Source of the DNA: a virus
DNA: 64,000 bases
Virus record (IMG/VR): IMGVR_UViG_3300042522_000315
Span: 1 to 64,000 of that record
Direction: 5' to 3' (one strand)
A model generated the notes under the pieces. The model had not been told where the DNA came from, ran no database searches, and saw nothing but the letters and a program-made list of their open reading frames with translations. Below are positions 63,816-64,000 of the stretch, in pieces; the stretch's first letter is position 1, and every line of letters starts with the position of its first letter. A program made the position numbers and the translations under genes.

Positions 63816-64000
63816 ATGCTGAAGATCGAATTCGATACGACTGACTTCGAACTGGCTCACGGTCGCAAACCCCGCGGTATAGGCGGTTGGGCTTTTAGTG
63901 AAACGCGAAATCCAAAGTCTATGGAAGACGTAATCTGGATTCGTGGCACGTATACCGAAGCGAAGAAGCAGCTTATAAACAAGCTGAAGAGCGAAGGTGT
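63816..64000 (+). CDS. hypothetical protein (3' truncated by window edge)
   Basis: GAGGAG Shine-Dalgarno; MLKIEFDTTDFELAHGRKPRGIGGWAF..., open to the window end. Confidence 0.6.
   Translation, partial: MLKIEFDTTDFELAHGRKPRGIGGWAFSETRNPKSMEDVIWIRGTYTEAKKQLINKLKSEG

Noticed and set aside
1-64000. Stop-codon reassignment or alternative genetic code
   Set aside because: Core genes are full length in code 11 and end in TAA, TGA or TAG. No suppressor anticodon was seen.
1-64000. CRISPR array, DGR, retron or integrase
   Set aside because: No regularly spaced direct repeats, reverse transcriptase or recombinase motifs were seen by eye.

Overview
This window is a 64-kb segment of a large T4-like myophage genome, with every credible gene on the + strand. 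The host is probably an alphaproteobacterium, inferred from the PstS type, a ROSE-type hsp20 leader and a GapR/DsbA-like protein. Gene order is: neck, tail, terminase, portal and head genes (gp13-gp23, gp3), interspersed with putative capsid-packaged internal proteins; uvsY, an HNH gene and uvsW; gp55, gp47 and gp46; a DUF4338/DruA-like gene; a peptidase-vWA plus MoxR/CobS pair; the clamp, clamp-loader and regA block; dUTPase, PAAR, hsp20 and pstS; a ~9.4-kb glycosylation island; gp43, a DNA methylase, uvsX, gp40 and gp41; and a tRNA region. The most unusual signals are non-coding. They include a leader-peptide/antiterminator/terminator attenuator-like element (63.6-63.75 kb), a tRNA-Arg(UCU)-like RNA with no D-arm and a D-loop-like sequence 3' of the anticodon arm, a degenerate tRNA-Gly-like RNA fused to a ROSE-type thermometer, an H-type pseudoknot before an HTH gene, and a lone antisense sigma70 promoter near uvsW. 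A set of proteins with T4-type capsid-targeting N-termini carries ART-like, ParB-like and HhH-like domains. All assignments come from reading motifs by eye; no database searches were run.
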